Origin: Octopus sinensis
Lineage: Eukaryota
Length of the DNA: 64,000 nt
Assembly: GCF_006345805.1 (NCBI RefSeq)
Contig: NC_042998.1
Span: 47,368,001 to 47,432,000, forward strand
Direction: 5' to 3'
Part shown: piece after piece, positions 13,886-26,999 of the stretch
Layout of the letters: each line of letters begins with the position of its first letter
Numbering within the stretch: the stretch's first letter is position 1
Position numbers and translations under genes: made by a program
The notes under the pieces: generated by a model
What the model was told of the DNA's origin: nothing
Databases searched by the model: none
Seen by the model: the letters and a program-made list of their open reading frames with translations, nothing else

Positions 13886-14427
13886 CCGCCAAACTCGCAC
13901 AGTGTTTAAAGACACCTTTCAAGAATTAGATAAATAAATAAATAAATAAAATCCCGCAAAATCTGAATTTGAAAATCGTAACAGAATTATAAATGAAAGC
14001 AGAACTGAAATGCATATTCCAAAAAGAAATATACCACATCAATTCGAAGTAGAAATTTTTTTATTTTACTCAATAACTAATGTGTGTGTGCGTTGTGAAC
14101 GCGTAGATGTTTGTGTATGCGAATGTATACTTATTGATATAGGCTTGGTCGAAAGCTTAAGAGGTTTGCTTTGCAAAAATACCGTCTCGATGTCTATGCC
14201 TCTACAGAAAATTTGGTCACTCACCCTCTCTCGAATTGACAATGACCGCGTAAGTGTAACTACGTACATGGGAGACTTATGGAAGACCATCTGAAAGACT
14301 GTATCAGAATATGGCAATTGCTAAGAATTTTATTGAACTTCCTACGGCAGTCGCAAGGCCTACGATGAATAACAATCAAATATCTCTTCTATCACGCTCT
14401 ACCATCTTAGTTAACTCTTTCCACTAT

Positions 14428-15101
14428 AGTTGTGCTTCTCAACTGGGGTCCATATGGCCTCTGAGAGTTCACATAAAATGCGCAGTAAATTGGTTGTACT
14501 TCTATGATACACAAAATATTATAAAAAATTTATACGACTCCTAATGATTTTTTTTTACGCACCCAAGCCTATTCCCCACTTTTTAGGAGGGAGTAGCCAT
14601 AACAAGACACAGACCGGGCATTCCATTCATTTCCCAGCTCAAAGAGGCGAGCCCCGTTCTATGCTCAGATTAAGGCATAGAACGCAATCCCCAATATCAG
14701 CAGCGGGGCCCGACAGCATATACTGGTTTACCCCCACCGCATCTAGCTAGTTCCGTACCCCTTTGAGCAACATCAAATTCACTCATCCGTCCACAAACAC
14801 TCTTCAAGCTTTCCTATCATTTATAAACTCTCTTGCTTCTCTCTCTCTAACACCTATAACCACCAAAGCTTTCCTCACTCCATCCATCCATCCATCCATC
14901 CATCCACACAAACAGAGGTCTGCCTCTGGTTCTGCTGCCTACCACTTCATCACCTTCCTTACCATCCGTTCCCCATCTATCCTCTCCTCATAAAAATTAA
15001 TTATAAAAATTATAAAAATTATAATGGGAGATTTTAAAAAAATTGTATAGTAAAATAGAAATCAAAGGCGTCTGTAGGCAAAACATCTTTGAGAATCACT
15101 G
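14428..15101. mobile_element. hAT-like MITE interrupted by a LINE fragment
   Basis: Ends gtgcttctcaa / ttgagaatcactg; imperfect 8 bp flanks cactatag/tactataa. Confidence 0.4.
14575..14990 (-). mobile_element. RTE-clade LINE 3' end
   Basis: Reverse complement encodes GSRTRGRPLFVWMDG...VRKAL...AREFINDRKA, then a 3' UTR and short A run. Confidence 0.65.
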
Positions 15102-15104
15102 TAC

Positions 15105-16505
15105 TATAAGGCACAAGGCCTGAAGTTTTTGTGATGAGGTAACCAGCCTTTTAAATCGATTCCAGTATTTATTCTATCGACTCTTAAAAGATGAAAGGCA
15201 AAGTCGACCGCGGTAGCATTATAAATGTATAGCCGGAAGAGGTTAGTCAATTATACAGACCCCTGTACATCACCGGTACTTTATTTTATTGACTCCGAAA
15301 GGGTAAAAGACAAAAGCCAAGTTCGGTTGGACTTGAACTCAGAAAGTGGAGGACTAAAAGGAATGGTGTAATTTCTCGATGTGCAAACGAATCTGCCAAG
15401 CTAGCCACCCTAATGCTGTCTTAAATAACAGCAATAAATAACCCCTTCCGCTCTACACACAAAACCTGAAATTTTGGTGAGCAGCAGTCTCGTCCTTTCC
15501 ATCGACCCATTGCTTGTATAGTACTTATTTAAATGACCGCAAAATGATGAAAGGCAAAGTCAACTTCGGCAAAATTTGAACTCAGACAGCAAAGATAGAC
15601 GAAATGCCGCTAAGCATTTCTCCCTGCGTGATAACGATTCTGCGAGCTGGCCGCCTTAAACACGAGCTTAATAATCTTTTCTACCAGACGCACAATGTCT
15701 GAAATTTGGGGGAGGAGGATAATCGATAAATCGTCACCCCGAAAGGATGAAAGGTAAAGTCGGCCTCGGCGAAATTTGAACTCAGAACATAAAGACGGAA
15801 GAAATACCTACTTGTTTACTGCCCACAAGGGGCTAAATACAGAGGGGACAAACAAGGACAGACAAAGGGATTAAGTCAATTATATCGACCCCAGTGCGTA
15901 ACTGGTACTTATTTAATCGACTCCGAAAGAATGAAAAGTAAAGTCGACCTCGGCGGAATTTGATCTCAGAATGTAGCGGCAGACGAAATACCGCTAAGCA
16001 TTATGCCCGGCGGGCTAACGTATCAGCCAACTAGCAGCATTATCAACAAGAAATAATGATTTCAAATTTTGGCACAAGGCCAGCAATTTCGGGGGAGGGG
16101 TTAGTCGATTATATCAACCCTAGGATTCAATTGGTACTTATTTTATCACCCTGAAAGAATGAAAGGTAAAATCGACTTCGGTAAAATTTGAACTCAGAAC
16201 AGAGACGAAATGCTGCTGAGGATACATTCCTGTGCAGTATTGTGTCGTTGAAGAAGTTATGAGTTAAAAGTCACCCCCGAGATATATTCTGAGTCATACA
16301 GGGTACGCAGTCACCCATTTCAATATGTGACCGTGTGTGTATCGTTGTCGATTTTTTTCCTCCGTCTTCCCTTCCATGGATCTTTCCTTTTTCAATGTTT
16401 CTGACGAAGAGCTCCGCTCGAAACGTTAAATCCTCCTTCTTGCTTTACTATACTATGTAGAATCATTAGCCTGACGTACTAACGATTATATCAGATTACT
16501 GCCTT
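15105..16505 (-). mobile_element. Cluster of about five same-orientation tRNA-derived SINEs
   Basis: Repeated gaaaggcaaagtcgac...tttgaactcagaa segments of different divergence. Confidence 0.85.
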
Positions 16506-17099
16506 AGCAACAAGAAATAATGACAAGTGCATTTAATAGTGACACAAACGTGGAAGTTTGCCTTACGGTTCCGGGATCAATACCGATGGACGAAATTTGG
16601 GCAATTGTCTTCCACTAAATTATCCCTCGAGTTGATTATAACCATGTAAGTCGAACTCTGCAGTGGGTGGGGGGGGGGAAATGTGAAGAAGATCACTGGA
16701 TGGATTGCATCTTTGAATACATGGGTCAACTTTTTCGTACCCTGTATGACTCAGAATATATCTCGGGGGTGACTTTTAACTCATAACTTCTTCAACGACA
16801 CAATACTGCACAGGAATGTATCATTCAGCCAGTTCTGAAGAGTGTTAACTCAATAACTGTACTTATTTTGTTTACATTTATTTTGAAGGAAGTTATGAAC
16901 ACTTTAATCGCTTTAATATAAAGGAGATATCCTTTTGACTTAGAAAATTTTCAAGTGGATTTTCATGCGTAAACTGTAGACATGTCTATGTATCTTTTAG
17001 TCACTTATACTGTGATTCATTTAGTAGGTACTTTAGTTAACTAAAATCAAACACGTTGGTAGAGTAGAAGGATCCAACGACGTTATTTTACCTATATAT

Positions 17100-17528
17100 A
17101 TAGTTAATCCAAGCATGAAAGCACAAAAAAATACAACAATGCGAAGACGTGGAACAAATATAGTATTATTCGACGCTCAGGAAAGAAAGAAAGAACGAGG
17201 GTTTAACGTTTCGAGCGGAGCTCTTCGTCGGAAACATAGGAGAAGGAAAGATCCAGAGAAGGGAAGACGAAGGAAAAAATCGCCAACGGTACACACGCGG
17301 TCGCATATTTCAATATGTGACTGCGTGTGTATCGTTGGCGATTTTTTTCCTCCGTCTTCTCTTCCATGGATCTTTCCTTTTTCTATGTTTCTGACGAAGA
17401 GCTCCGCTCGAAACGTTAAATCCTCCTTCTTGCTTTCCTTTCCTGAGCGTCCAATAATACTATACTTGTTCCACGTCCTCGCGTTGTTGTGTTTTCTCTC
17501 TGTCTTCATTAACTAATGGATTAACTAA
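17100..17528. mobile_element. ~430 bp palindromic element with two outward-facing hammerhead motifs
   Basis: Arms are reverse complements around catatttcaatatg (17304-17317); plus motif at 17387-17420, minus motif at 17201-17235; (TA)n on both sides. Confidence 0.85.
17387..17420 (+). ncRNA. Minimal type I hammerhead ribozyme motif
   Basis: gttt CTGACGA a GAGC tcc GCTC GAAA cg TT aaa: intact core, 4 bp stem II, palindromic ACGT stem III, short stem I. Confidence 0.7.
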
Positions 17529-18045
17529 TATATATATATATATAATGTATGTAGGTGTGTGTGTGTGTGTGTGTGTGTATTTTCATAAAAAAATGAAGAG
17601 GAGTAGCCACATTTCCAAGTCGTACGCTTGAAGAATTGTGAAGATCTTTTTACATGTAAACATTGGTTGTCTTGTAAACCAACAAATAAAAAATACTTAT
17701 ATCCACCAATGCGAAAATGAGCACACATTCTCACTGTTTGATGTCAATATGTATATGTGTGTGTATAAACACACACACACACGTATGTCATATATTTGTC
17801 TGATAGTGTGCGTGTGTGTGTGTACATATCATACTTTTCCTTCCCCTAGAGAACAGTCTTCACATAGGTTAGGGATCGCTTATACCCGACTATTGGACGA
17901 TCGCTGAGTCGACCCTTTGTTTTTGATCCTGTAGGGTGGCCAAAACAACCACTCTCCTTACCAAGCAAGCTTGTTACGGTTGCTAGTTTAGTTGCCGACG
18001 GGCTGACCATGCAGTACGTTGTTACACATTACGAGTAGCTATAAG

Positions 18046-18089
<44 letters not shown>

Positions 18090-18697
18090 CTCTCATTTTT
18101 TATCCTTTACTTGTTTAAGCCGTTGGACTACGGTCCTGCTGGGGCACCACCTTGAAGGGTTTTAGGCAAACGAATCAGCTCTTCTACTTATTTTTTTTAA
18201 AGCCTGGTACATATTTTAACGGCTTTTCTTACCGAACCGCTCAGTTACGGGGACTTACACAAACCAACAATCGTTATCAAATTGTGGTGGTGGGAACAAA
18301 CAACCTTCCTTTACGTATCAAGGTTAAGAAGTAGTTCTGTATTGTCACTCGATCTTGTAGAACTATCAGTAAATTCTCCCTCGAATAATCCACATTTTTC
18401 TCAATAAAAAGTGAAGGTGACATTAGATAATGTAGTCGTAAGTATGGGATGCGTAGGCCTAAACATGTGACTACTTGCTCAGGTTTAACCGGCAGTTAAA
18501 TAACAAGATCTAGGGAATCTGATTGTGTAGGTTAGTAAAGAATAGTACAATAATAAAACCCTTTTGATACCATTCTGATACCATTCCGGCTGAGACCGCC
18601 CATAGTTCTGTGATGCAAACTTGCTTTAAAGTAACCTAAATTAAAACCTTCCATGATTATTCACTTAAATTTATGTTCCAAAAGGAATTTTAATAAT

Positions 18698-19115
18698 GGT
18701 TTCAAATTTTGGCACAATGCCAGCAAGTTCAGGAAAAGGGGTAAGTCAATTACAACAAACCCAGTTCTCAATTAGTACTTATTTTATCGACCCGAAAGGA
18801 GAAAACGCAAAGTAGACCTCGGCGGAATTTGAACTCAGAACATAAAGACGGAGAAATGCTAGCTAACAATTCTGTCAGCTCGTTGCCTTAAACACGATTT
18901 AATAATTTTTTCTATAATAGGCTCAAGGCATTAAATTTTGTGGGAGAGGCAAGTCGATTACATCAGCGGCAGTATTCAACTGGTTCTTATTTCATCGACC
19001 CCGAAAGGGTGAAAAGCAAAGTCGACCTCGGCATAATTTGGACTTTGGAACGTAAAGAGAGCCAAAATGCCACATTTTGCTCGTTGCGCTAACAATTTTG
19101 CCAGTTCCCCACTTT
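18698..19115 (-). mobile_element. Two diverged tRNA-derived SINEs
   Basis: Same body as the 12.6-13.9 kb array. Confidence 0.8.
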
Positions 19116-19129
19116 TAATACAAATTCAA

Positions 19130-19550
19130 GGATCTTTTCGGTTTGAACGGCATTTTTTCTAGCGGTGTTGTATGAAATTGTCACCCATAATTATGACCCT
19201 AGTATCGATCTATTGCATTTCAATCTGTTTTAGAGTTAGGGTTAGGGTTAGGGGTGGGGGGAAAGGTTTTTTTTTTCTTCAGAAATGTAAATAAACCCAA
19301 TCTGTTTCTTAAACGAGGGACATATTCATACGGCACAGAATGTTTTCACCTCAATAGACGTCATTGATTGGTTGAAATTGCAGAAATTGAAGGAAAAAAA
19401 ACAACAAATATCTTACAAACCATAGAATTTTTTCAATAAAGCCAAGAGAAAAAGATGTTTTATAAACACATTCTACCAGTGTACGAAGTTAAAAATTTTT
19501 TAGTTACCTAGAAATTATGTTAAAAACTGCCGTTCAAATTGAAAAGATCC
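19130..19550. mobile_element. MITE with ~23 bp TIRs and internal TTAGGG repeats
   Basis: ggatcttttcggtttgaacggca ... tgccgttcaaattgaaaagatcc; gttagggttagggttaggg near 19235-19253. Confidence 0.8.
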
Positions 19551-19869
19551 CAGTTTTCTCATAATATTGAAGACTTTCCCATTCGCTTCGAAATGAATAT
19601 AAACAAAATAAGTACGATTCTTGAGGTATCATGTTTCAGAACCTCGCTGAGTGATGGGCGATTGGTTGTCAAAAATACATTGATGAATGTCTATATGTAT
19701 GTATGTGTGTATATGTGTATATGTGTACATGTATGTTTCCGTGTTCGTCTGTATATCTGTATATCCGTATGTCTGTATTGAAGTGGTTAATTTGAACGAT
19801 GTTGAGAAGACAATGTTATTGTCTCACTTATCAATTTTCTTAAGTGTTAGCAGGGAGAGAGGAAAAAAC

Positions 19870-20002
19870 AGAGAGAGAGAGAGAGAGAGAAGGAGGAGGG
19901 GTAAAATTGAAAGAGAGCGAGGGAGAGGGAGCGAAAGAAAGAGTGAGAAAAATATATATATGTATGTATGTATGTAGGTATGTATTTATGCATGTATGCA
20001 TA

Positions 20003-20056
<54 letters not shown>

Positions 20057-20178
20057 GAGAGAGAGAAGGAGGAGGGGTAAAATTGAAAGAGAGCGAGGGA
20101 GAGGGAGCGAAAGAAAGAGTGAGAAAAATATATATATGTATGTATGTATGTAGGTATGTATTTATGCATGTATGCATA

Positions 20179-20228
<50 letters not shown>

Positions 20229-20385
20229 GAGAGAGAGAGGGAGGAGGGGTAAAATTGAAAGAGAGCGAGGGAGAGGGAGCGAAAGAAAGAGTGAGAAAAA
20301 AATATATATGTATGTATGTATGTAGGTATGTATTTATGCATGTATGCATATATATGTGTATATATATATTATATAGTGAGAGAGA
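19870..20385. repeat. Three near-identical ~170-185 bp tandem units built from (GA)n, unique spacer and (TA)n
   Basis: ggaggggtaaaattgaaagagagcgagggagagggagcgaaag occurs three times. Confidence 0.9.
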
Positions 20386-20506
20386 GAGAATAATGAGTTA
20401 GTCTAAAATGCTATTACATGCGGCTTCATTTTGTTCATCTTGACATTTTCCTTGGTATCAGGTAAATGTATGTATGTATATATATATATATATATATATG
20501 TATATG

Positions 20507-20570
<64 letters not shown>

Positions 20571-20914
20571 TATATATATATATATATGTATGTAGTTGTA
20601 TTTTGAGGTTTCAAATCCGAGTTCATTCAACAATGGTCTCTCCTTTCTTGAGTGCTCAATGAGGAAGTGAAAATACGATGAAATATAAACGAAAAGAGAT
20701 GAAGAGAGAGAGAAAGTGGGGAGAGGAAACAGAAAGGGGGACCGGAAATAATCCATTATAGAAAATAACCTTACAACGATTACCAAGAACAATAACAACA
20801 GCAGCAACAACATCACAACTATGAGCCCCGTTGAATAAGCCGCTACTGTATTCGCTCTGTCTACAATATAAGTAGCAACTGAAGATCTCTTGTGTCACAC
20901 TACCTTCAGTCTCA

Positions 20915-21068
20915 AGCGTGGTTGTGTGGTAAGAACCTTACCTCCTAACCACTTGCTTCCGTGTTCAATCTGACTGTGTATCACCTTGGGCAACTGTTTT
21001 CAACTATAACGGACCTACCAAAGCCTTGTGAGTGGATTTGATAGACGGTAGCTAAAACAAGCCCGTCG
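20915..21068 (+). mobile_element. Diverged CORE-type SINE
   Basis: gtggttgtgtggtaag...accttgggcaac...aagcccgtcg. Confidence 0.75.
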
Positions 21069-21069
21069 C

Positions 21070-21106
<37 letters not shown>

Positions 21107-21169
21107 AATTATATAATTATATATTATATATATATAATCAATATATATAATTATATATATATGTATATG

Positions 21170-21215
<46 letters not shown>

Positions 21216-21839
21216 ATTAATATATATAATTATATATATATATGTATATATATATAATTAATATATAATTATATATATATATATAATCGATATATATAAT
21301 TAATATATATAATATATATGTGTGTGTGTGTGTATAATTAATACATATAATTATATATATATATATATAATCAGTATATATAATTATATATATATAGAAT
21401 CAAAATAAGCAACAAGGATATCCAGAAGTAATGCCGTATGATCATGTCATGCGACTCCATTTAATTGTACAATGCAAACATTACATCAATTTAAAATGTA
21501 GAGCAATCTTCAGCTGCGCAAAAAACATAGAATTTACTTAAATTTGAAGGACACATTAGTATAGGTTTTTTCGCTCAATAAACACTCACAACGCCCGGTC
21601 TGGGAATCGAAACCGCGATACTACAACCGCTGGTTGACTATAACCTTGTAAATGCTATGTGTAGATGGGAAACTGTTAGAAAGACCGTTGAATAGGGTAT
21701 ATTTAATTAAGTTGGCCAAATTTCTACCAACTGCCTGTCGTGGGTTCTACGTAATCCCTCAAAAGACATGATATTCTTAACAGGGCTATCTGTTTTCGCA
21801 GGTCGTTTTTCATTCGGGGCTAATCTGGGTTAAACATTA

Positions 21840-21886
<47 letters not shown>

Positions 21887-22134
21887 ACTACTACTACTAC
21901 TAATAAGATTTCACAAATCTGTCAGCCTGAATTAACATTCACAATTACTACGTAATCATCCTTCATTTACTACTGATTCCCACATCTGGTGGAATAGTGT
22001 AGTGAAATGAATGAATATAAATGTACCGGCGGCTTCACAGAGAAGCGAAATTTCGGGTATGATGCTGTTGGAATTTGAATTCAGAATTGAATAAGATATA
22101 GAACCACTTTCAAGCAACTTAAAGAACATTGAAT

Positions 22135-22667
22135 GACATTATCTATGATAAAGATATATAAGATTAAATTTTATAAATATTTATATCTACATTTACTACT
22201 CTGAATCATATATTAAATTATACAGACAACGCGCGTTTCTTGACAATAAATATCTATAGGTATTACTGAAATGGAAGTCTCAAAATTCAATACCAGATCA
22301 ATCCGAATATATTGCCAATCTTCAGGACTGGATTATATAAAATTATGTTACTATTTGCATCTTATATAAAGACATGACAATCAAAAGTATACATCTAGAA
22401 ATCGTCGAAATAATTTTTCATTACTAAATAAAGAATAAAAATGATAATAATAAAAAAATACAAATATTAACTTATCTTTTTGGGAATTCCCACTCCGCAA
22501 ATCAAACATGGCTTCTGTATAATCAAAACTGGAGTTGCAATACGGATAGATATATATTCTCACGAAACGCGCGTTGTCTACATAATTTAATATATGACTC
22601 AGAATAGTAATTGTAGATATTAATTTTGATAAAATTTAATCTACTGTATTTCTATCATAGATAATGT
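22135..22667. mobile_element. Inverted-arm element with hammerhead motif
   Basis: 22135-22240 is the reverse complement of 22564-22667; both arms begin GAAACGCGCGT. Confidence 0.75.
22223..22330 (-). ncRNA. Type I hammerhead motif with long stem II insert
   Basis: Reverse complement: cagtc CTGAAGA TTGGCAATA...TATTGTCAA GAAA CGCGCG TT gtctg. Confidence 0.65.
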
Positions 22668-22699
22668 ACACTGATGTTGAGTCTTAAACCTATCTATAT

Positions 22700-22755
<56 letters not shown>

Positions 22756-22789
22756 TATATATAATATATATATATATATAGTATATATA

Positions 22790-22933
22790 TATGAATAAAA
22801 AATGGAGTTACAACATCTTTACTTGTGAGATTTTTGCTGCCCTGGTAACTATTCATTCATTTATCCGTGTTAATTGTTAACAAGGTAAAATACACTCATC
22901 TATGTATATATATATTATATATATATATATATT

Positions 22934-22995
<62 letters not shown>

Positions 22996-23120
22996 GTATA
23001 TATATATGAATAAAAAATGGAGTTACAACATCTTTACTTGTGAGATTTTTGCTGCCCTGGTAACTATTCATTCATTTATCCGTGTTAATTGTTAACAAGG
23101 TAAAATACACTCATCTATGT
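22790..23120. repeat. Identical ~115 bp direct duplication separated by (TA)n
   Basis: atgaataaaaaatggagttac...tacactcatctatgta at about 22791 and 23006. Confidence 0.9.
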
Positions 23121-23126
23121 ATGTAT

Positions 23127-23183
<57 letters not shown>

Positions 23184-23221
23184 GTATATATATATGTATG
23201 TATTATATATATATATGTTTG

Positions 23222-23252
<31 letters not shown>

Positions 23253-23645
23253 GTATATATATGTATATAATATGTATATATATATATATATTATATATGT
23301 ATATATATATATATGTATATACACATATGTATATATATATATATCAATGAATATAAATATATGTATACACATATATGTATGTATATGTATATGGCGGTGC
23401 CCCAGCATGGCCACAGCTCGTGAGCTGAATTTAGAATCAATCAATCAATCAATCATATACATATATGTATATATATATGTATATACATATATATATGTAT
23501 GTATGTGTGTGTATATATATGTATATATATATATATGTACGCATCTGTGTATATATATATGTGTATGTGTATGTATGTATATACATATATATATGTGTGT
23601 ATGTATATATATTTATATATATGTTTGTGTATATATATATATGCG

Positions 23646-23681
<36 letters not shown>

Positions 23682-23767
23682 TACATATGTCTGTGTATGT
23701 GTATATATATGTGTATGTAAATATATGTATATATGTATGTGTATGCATATATATATGTGTGTGCATG

Positions 23768-23798
<31 letters not shown>

Positions 23799-23832
23799 GT
23801 ATATATGTGTGTATATGTATATATACATACAC
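23117..23832. repeat. Compound (TA/TG)n microsatellite with a SINE 3'-tip fragment at about 23393-23440
   Basis: Direct reading; ggcggtgccccagcatggccacag inside. Confidence 0.9.
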
Positions 23833-26439
23833 ACATACGACTACACCGACACTTACTCCACATACAAGCTCATCTTGAAATCATGTACATGTATACAAAT
23901 ACAAACATTTCTCCCCATCATCACCTGCGCTCCCTTATGTATTTTCCTACCTCTCCTTACCTTTTTTATGTGAGATTGTCTTTGTGAACGTATGTGTTAT
24001 ATGTGACTATAAAGTGATATGTTCGTATCTGTTTTATGTGCATGTATTCAGAGACATACAGATCTTCACTTTCCGTTCTTCCCTTACTGTCTGTCTGTCT
24101 CCCTCTACTTCTTTCTCTCTATTCTTCTCACTCTGTATCTTACGATGCGTCTCAATATGTGAGTATGTGTATGTTTGCTTGTCAATCCAGCTGAATATCC
24201 TTGGTCAATGGTCTGTGAAAATGGTCACATGTGCGTGCTTCCGGTTCATTGTCCTTTAGGGTCTCGCGTGATATTGTGTAGGACACAGTGTGTCATCTAA
24301 TGATGTCGTCGAATGTATTGGTATGCTCGAGGCGAGAACGCCTGGTTTGCTTCAAGAAGACCTTTTGACAGTGAAATGAATTGGCAACGTTACATTGCCG
24401 TTTTTCAAACAGCCACAAACAGGATTTAATGCGACATGAAGTCTATTGTGTATGCGTGTGTGCTGTGGTACACACACGATGGCGCGCGTACACACACATA
24501 TAATCGCACGCACACACACATATATAGTGTGACTTATCCGTACAAATAGATGTACGACTGGTGCTGTTAAGTTCAGAGCTCCTCATAGAGGTGTATTTGT
24601 GTCTAGACGCAGGGGTGACTATATAGACACAGATATGTTTATTTTTTAATCATTATTGTTATATTTATTAATTGATCCCAAGGAAAATAGAGTGTCAGTC
24701 TTGACTAAATCTAAATTTGGATTGTGATGACGCAGCACTAAATGCACTTATCTATATACGTATTAAATTTGTGCGCTTTTTTAGTTTTAATTTGCAAATT
24801 ATTGCGTCTATAAGATGTCATTTTAACATATATTTTTAAGTTAAGAAATCTAATTTTTCATATGAAATATAGCATGTGGATAAGACTGTTGATACTATCT
24901 GTTAAATTGTAAATGATTAGATTAACTCAGTCTCAAGTTGTTTAGCTCAAAATCAACATCAATCAAGTAGACCGATCGTCAAAGAAAGCCAATGCTGTGA
25001 CAATTCCCTCTCTTTTTATGCATAGCTTATCTAGATTTGTAGTGTACTTACTTTTTAGAACGTAAATGTATCATTTGAGAGAGAATTGTTCTTTATTTCT
25101 GTTAATTCAACCAACAGAAATAAAGACTCTTTCGACGACTCATTACTCAATTCAAAATATATGTTTGTAGAAACGTGGCAGATAGACGTTAGGAAACATA
25201 ACGATCGAACCACTATCGAGATATTACTATATTAGAAAACTGTCTAGGATTAATATACTTGTATAAAAATAAATTATAGCAAATTAAAGATGAATTTGGC
25301 CTACGTATACATATAGTATACGTTGGCCAAACTCTCAAATACATTGATTCAACTAAATTCTAATGGAATCTTCTCGACTGCATCACACCCATTAATGCCT
25401 TTAAACTTATTGGATATATCTAAATTTCCAATCAAAATCAGTCATCATATATTTTTTTATTAAAAGTGAAATTTATTTCTTACGGGCCCTGTAGGTCTTG
25501 CTAGACATTTCTTTTTTTTTTTCTTTTGTTTCTCCATATGGATCTAATTCTTAAATATCTTGAAGTTTTCTTTTACATAGAAGACGTAGTCGACTTTATT
25601 TACCAGTCAGATTCTCCAAAATTATCAGATTTTCTTTTCCACTCAATGTACAAGCAGTTTTTTTTTCTAAACTAATGATACTATTGGGATATTTGAATCG
25701 TTGAAGAATTTTGTTGTTCTTAAATTTTTTACCATTTGACAGAAATTTAGCGAAAGAACACACACGCTTACACCACATATAACCTTACAGCGCTACACAG
25801 ATACGCTCACACAAAAACACATGCTCGTATTTATATAATAAAGCTTCGGCGATCGAAAGTATTATATATTATGTTAAGCAACATCCTGTCAAGGGATCTG
25901 TAAGACCATATTTGAAAAACATTTCACACTGCTTTCAACATGGCTCACCCACGCGCAGACACGCATGGATGTTAAAACGCCTCTCGAGAGGATGGTTAAA
26001 AGTTGTATAGAAAAAAAATGTAATGCAGGCATCAAAGTTAGATAAACATTAATACTTTAGAGACCATCTGTATCAACTAGATTTGATATGTTACAACTTC
26101 CGGAATCTAGCAGTTTCATTTTTCTTGAATAGTTTTTCAAAAAATATTATAATGCCGTTATGATTTTGATCAGATATTGACTTTCTTTGTCAATGAGATA
26201 AATTTGCAATTATTAGTAACTCGCATTGATTATACGGTAATCCCACTTTCTTTTAGATAGTAGGAGAATAATCCTTAAAAGTATCTTACCTGCGCATGTG
26301 CTATCATACTATCGATCCAAAAAAAATAAAAGGCAAGCGAGTTTTTGAAGTCACAACTGTTTATCTGCAGTGTGAGATCCCAAATTAGAGAGAAAAAAAA
26401 GCATATAATTTGACTTGTTTTATCTCCAAATTCATGAGC

Positions 26440-26592
26440 CCGCCTTTACGTTCTGAGTTTAAATTCCGCCGGGTCGACTTTACTTTCATCTTTTCGGCGT
26501 CGATAAATTAAGTATCAGTGTTTCACTAGGGTCGATGTAATCAACTAGTCTCCTCCCACCAAATTTCAGGCCTTGTGCCTTTAGTAGAAAGG
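26440..26592 (+). mobile_element. tRNA-derived SINE, 5'-truncated
   Basis: ttacgttctgagtttaaattccgcc...gtcgactttactttcatc. Confidence 0.75.
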
Positions 26593-26999
26593 ATAATTAA
26601 AACCTTAGTGAGTCTAATGACAGAACAAGACAAAATACTGTCAGGTCTGAGGATGAGCTTATAAGACCCTAGTTCTTAACCTCGGCAGCTATATCTGAAC
26701 TGAATTCATGGTATTATATACTGAGGGGGTGTAGAGGAAAGTGTTTTGTTAAGAGACATGCCAAAAAGTCCAAACTGAATGTAATTTCACAAACTACAAA
26801 CAAGGAATCCAATATATAACGAGTTGTTTAGCTCACTTTTAAAGATTATGCCGTATAACATCCTATAAAACATTAATTAACAGACTGAATTGTTTACATT
26901 TTTGGATTATTTGCAATATCGGAATTTATTGGAATATGATGTAAAACAACAACAGTGTCTTCAAATATTTAATTGATATTCATACTCATCATTTTTAGT

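Noticed and set aside
17115-17516. Overlapping 133 aa and 110 aa ORFs
   Set aside because: By-product of the palindromic non-coding element; no protein motif
19235-19253. Telomere or chromosome-fusion site
   Set aside because: Only three units, internal to a MITE
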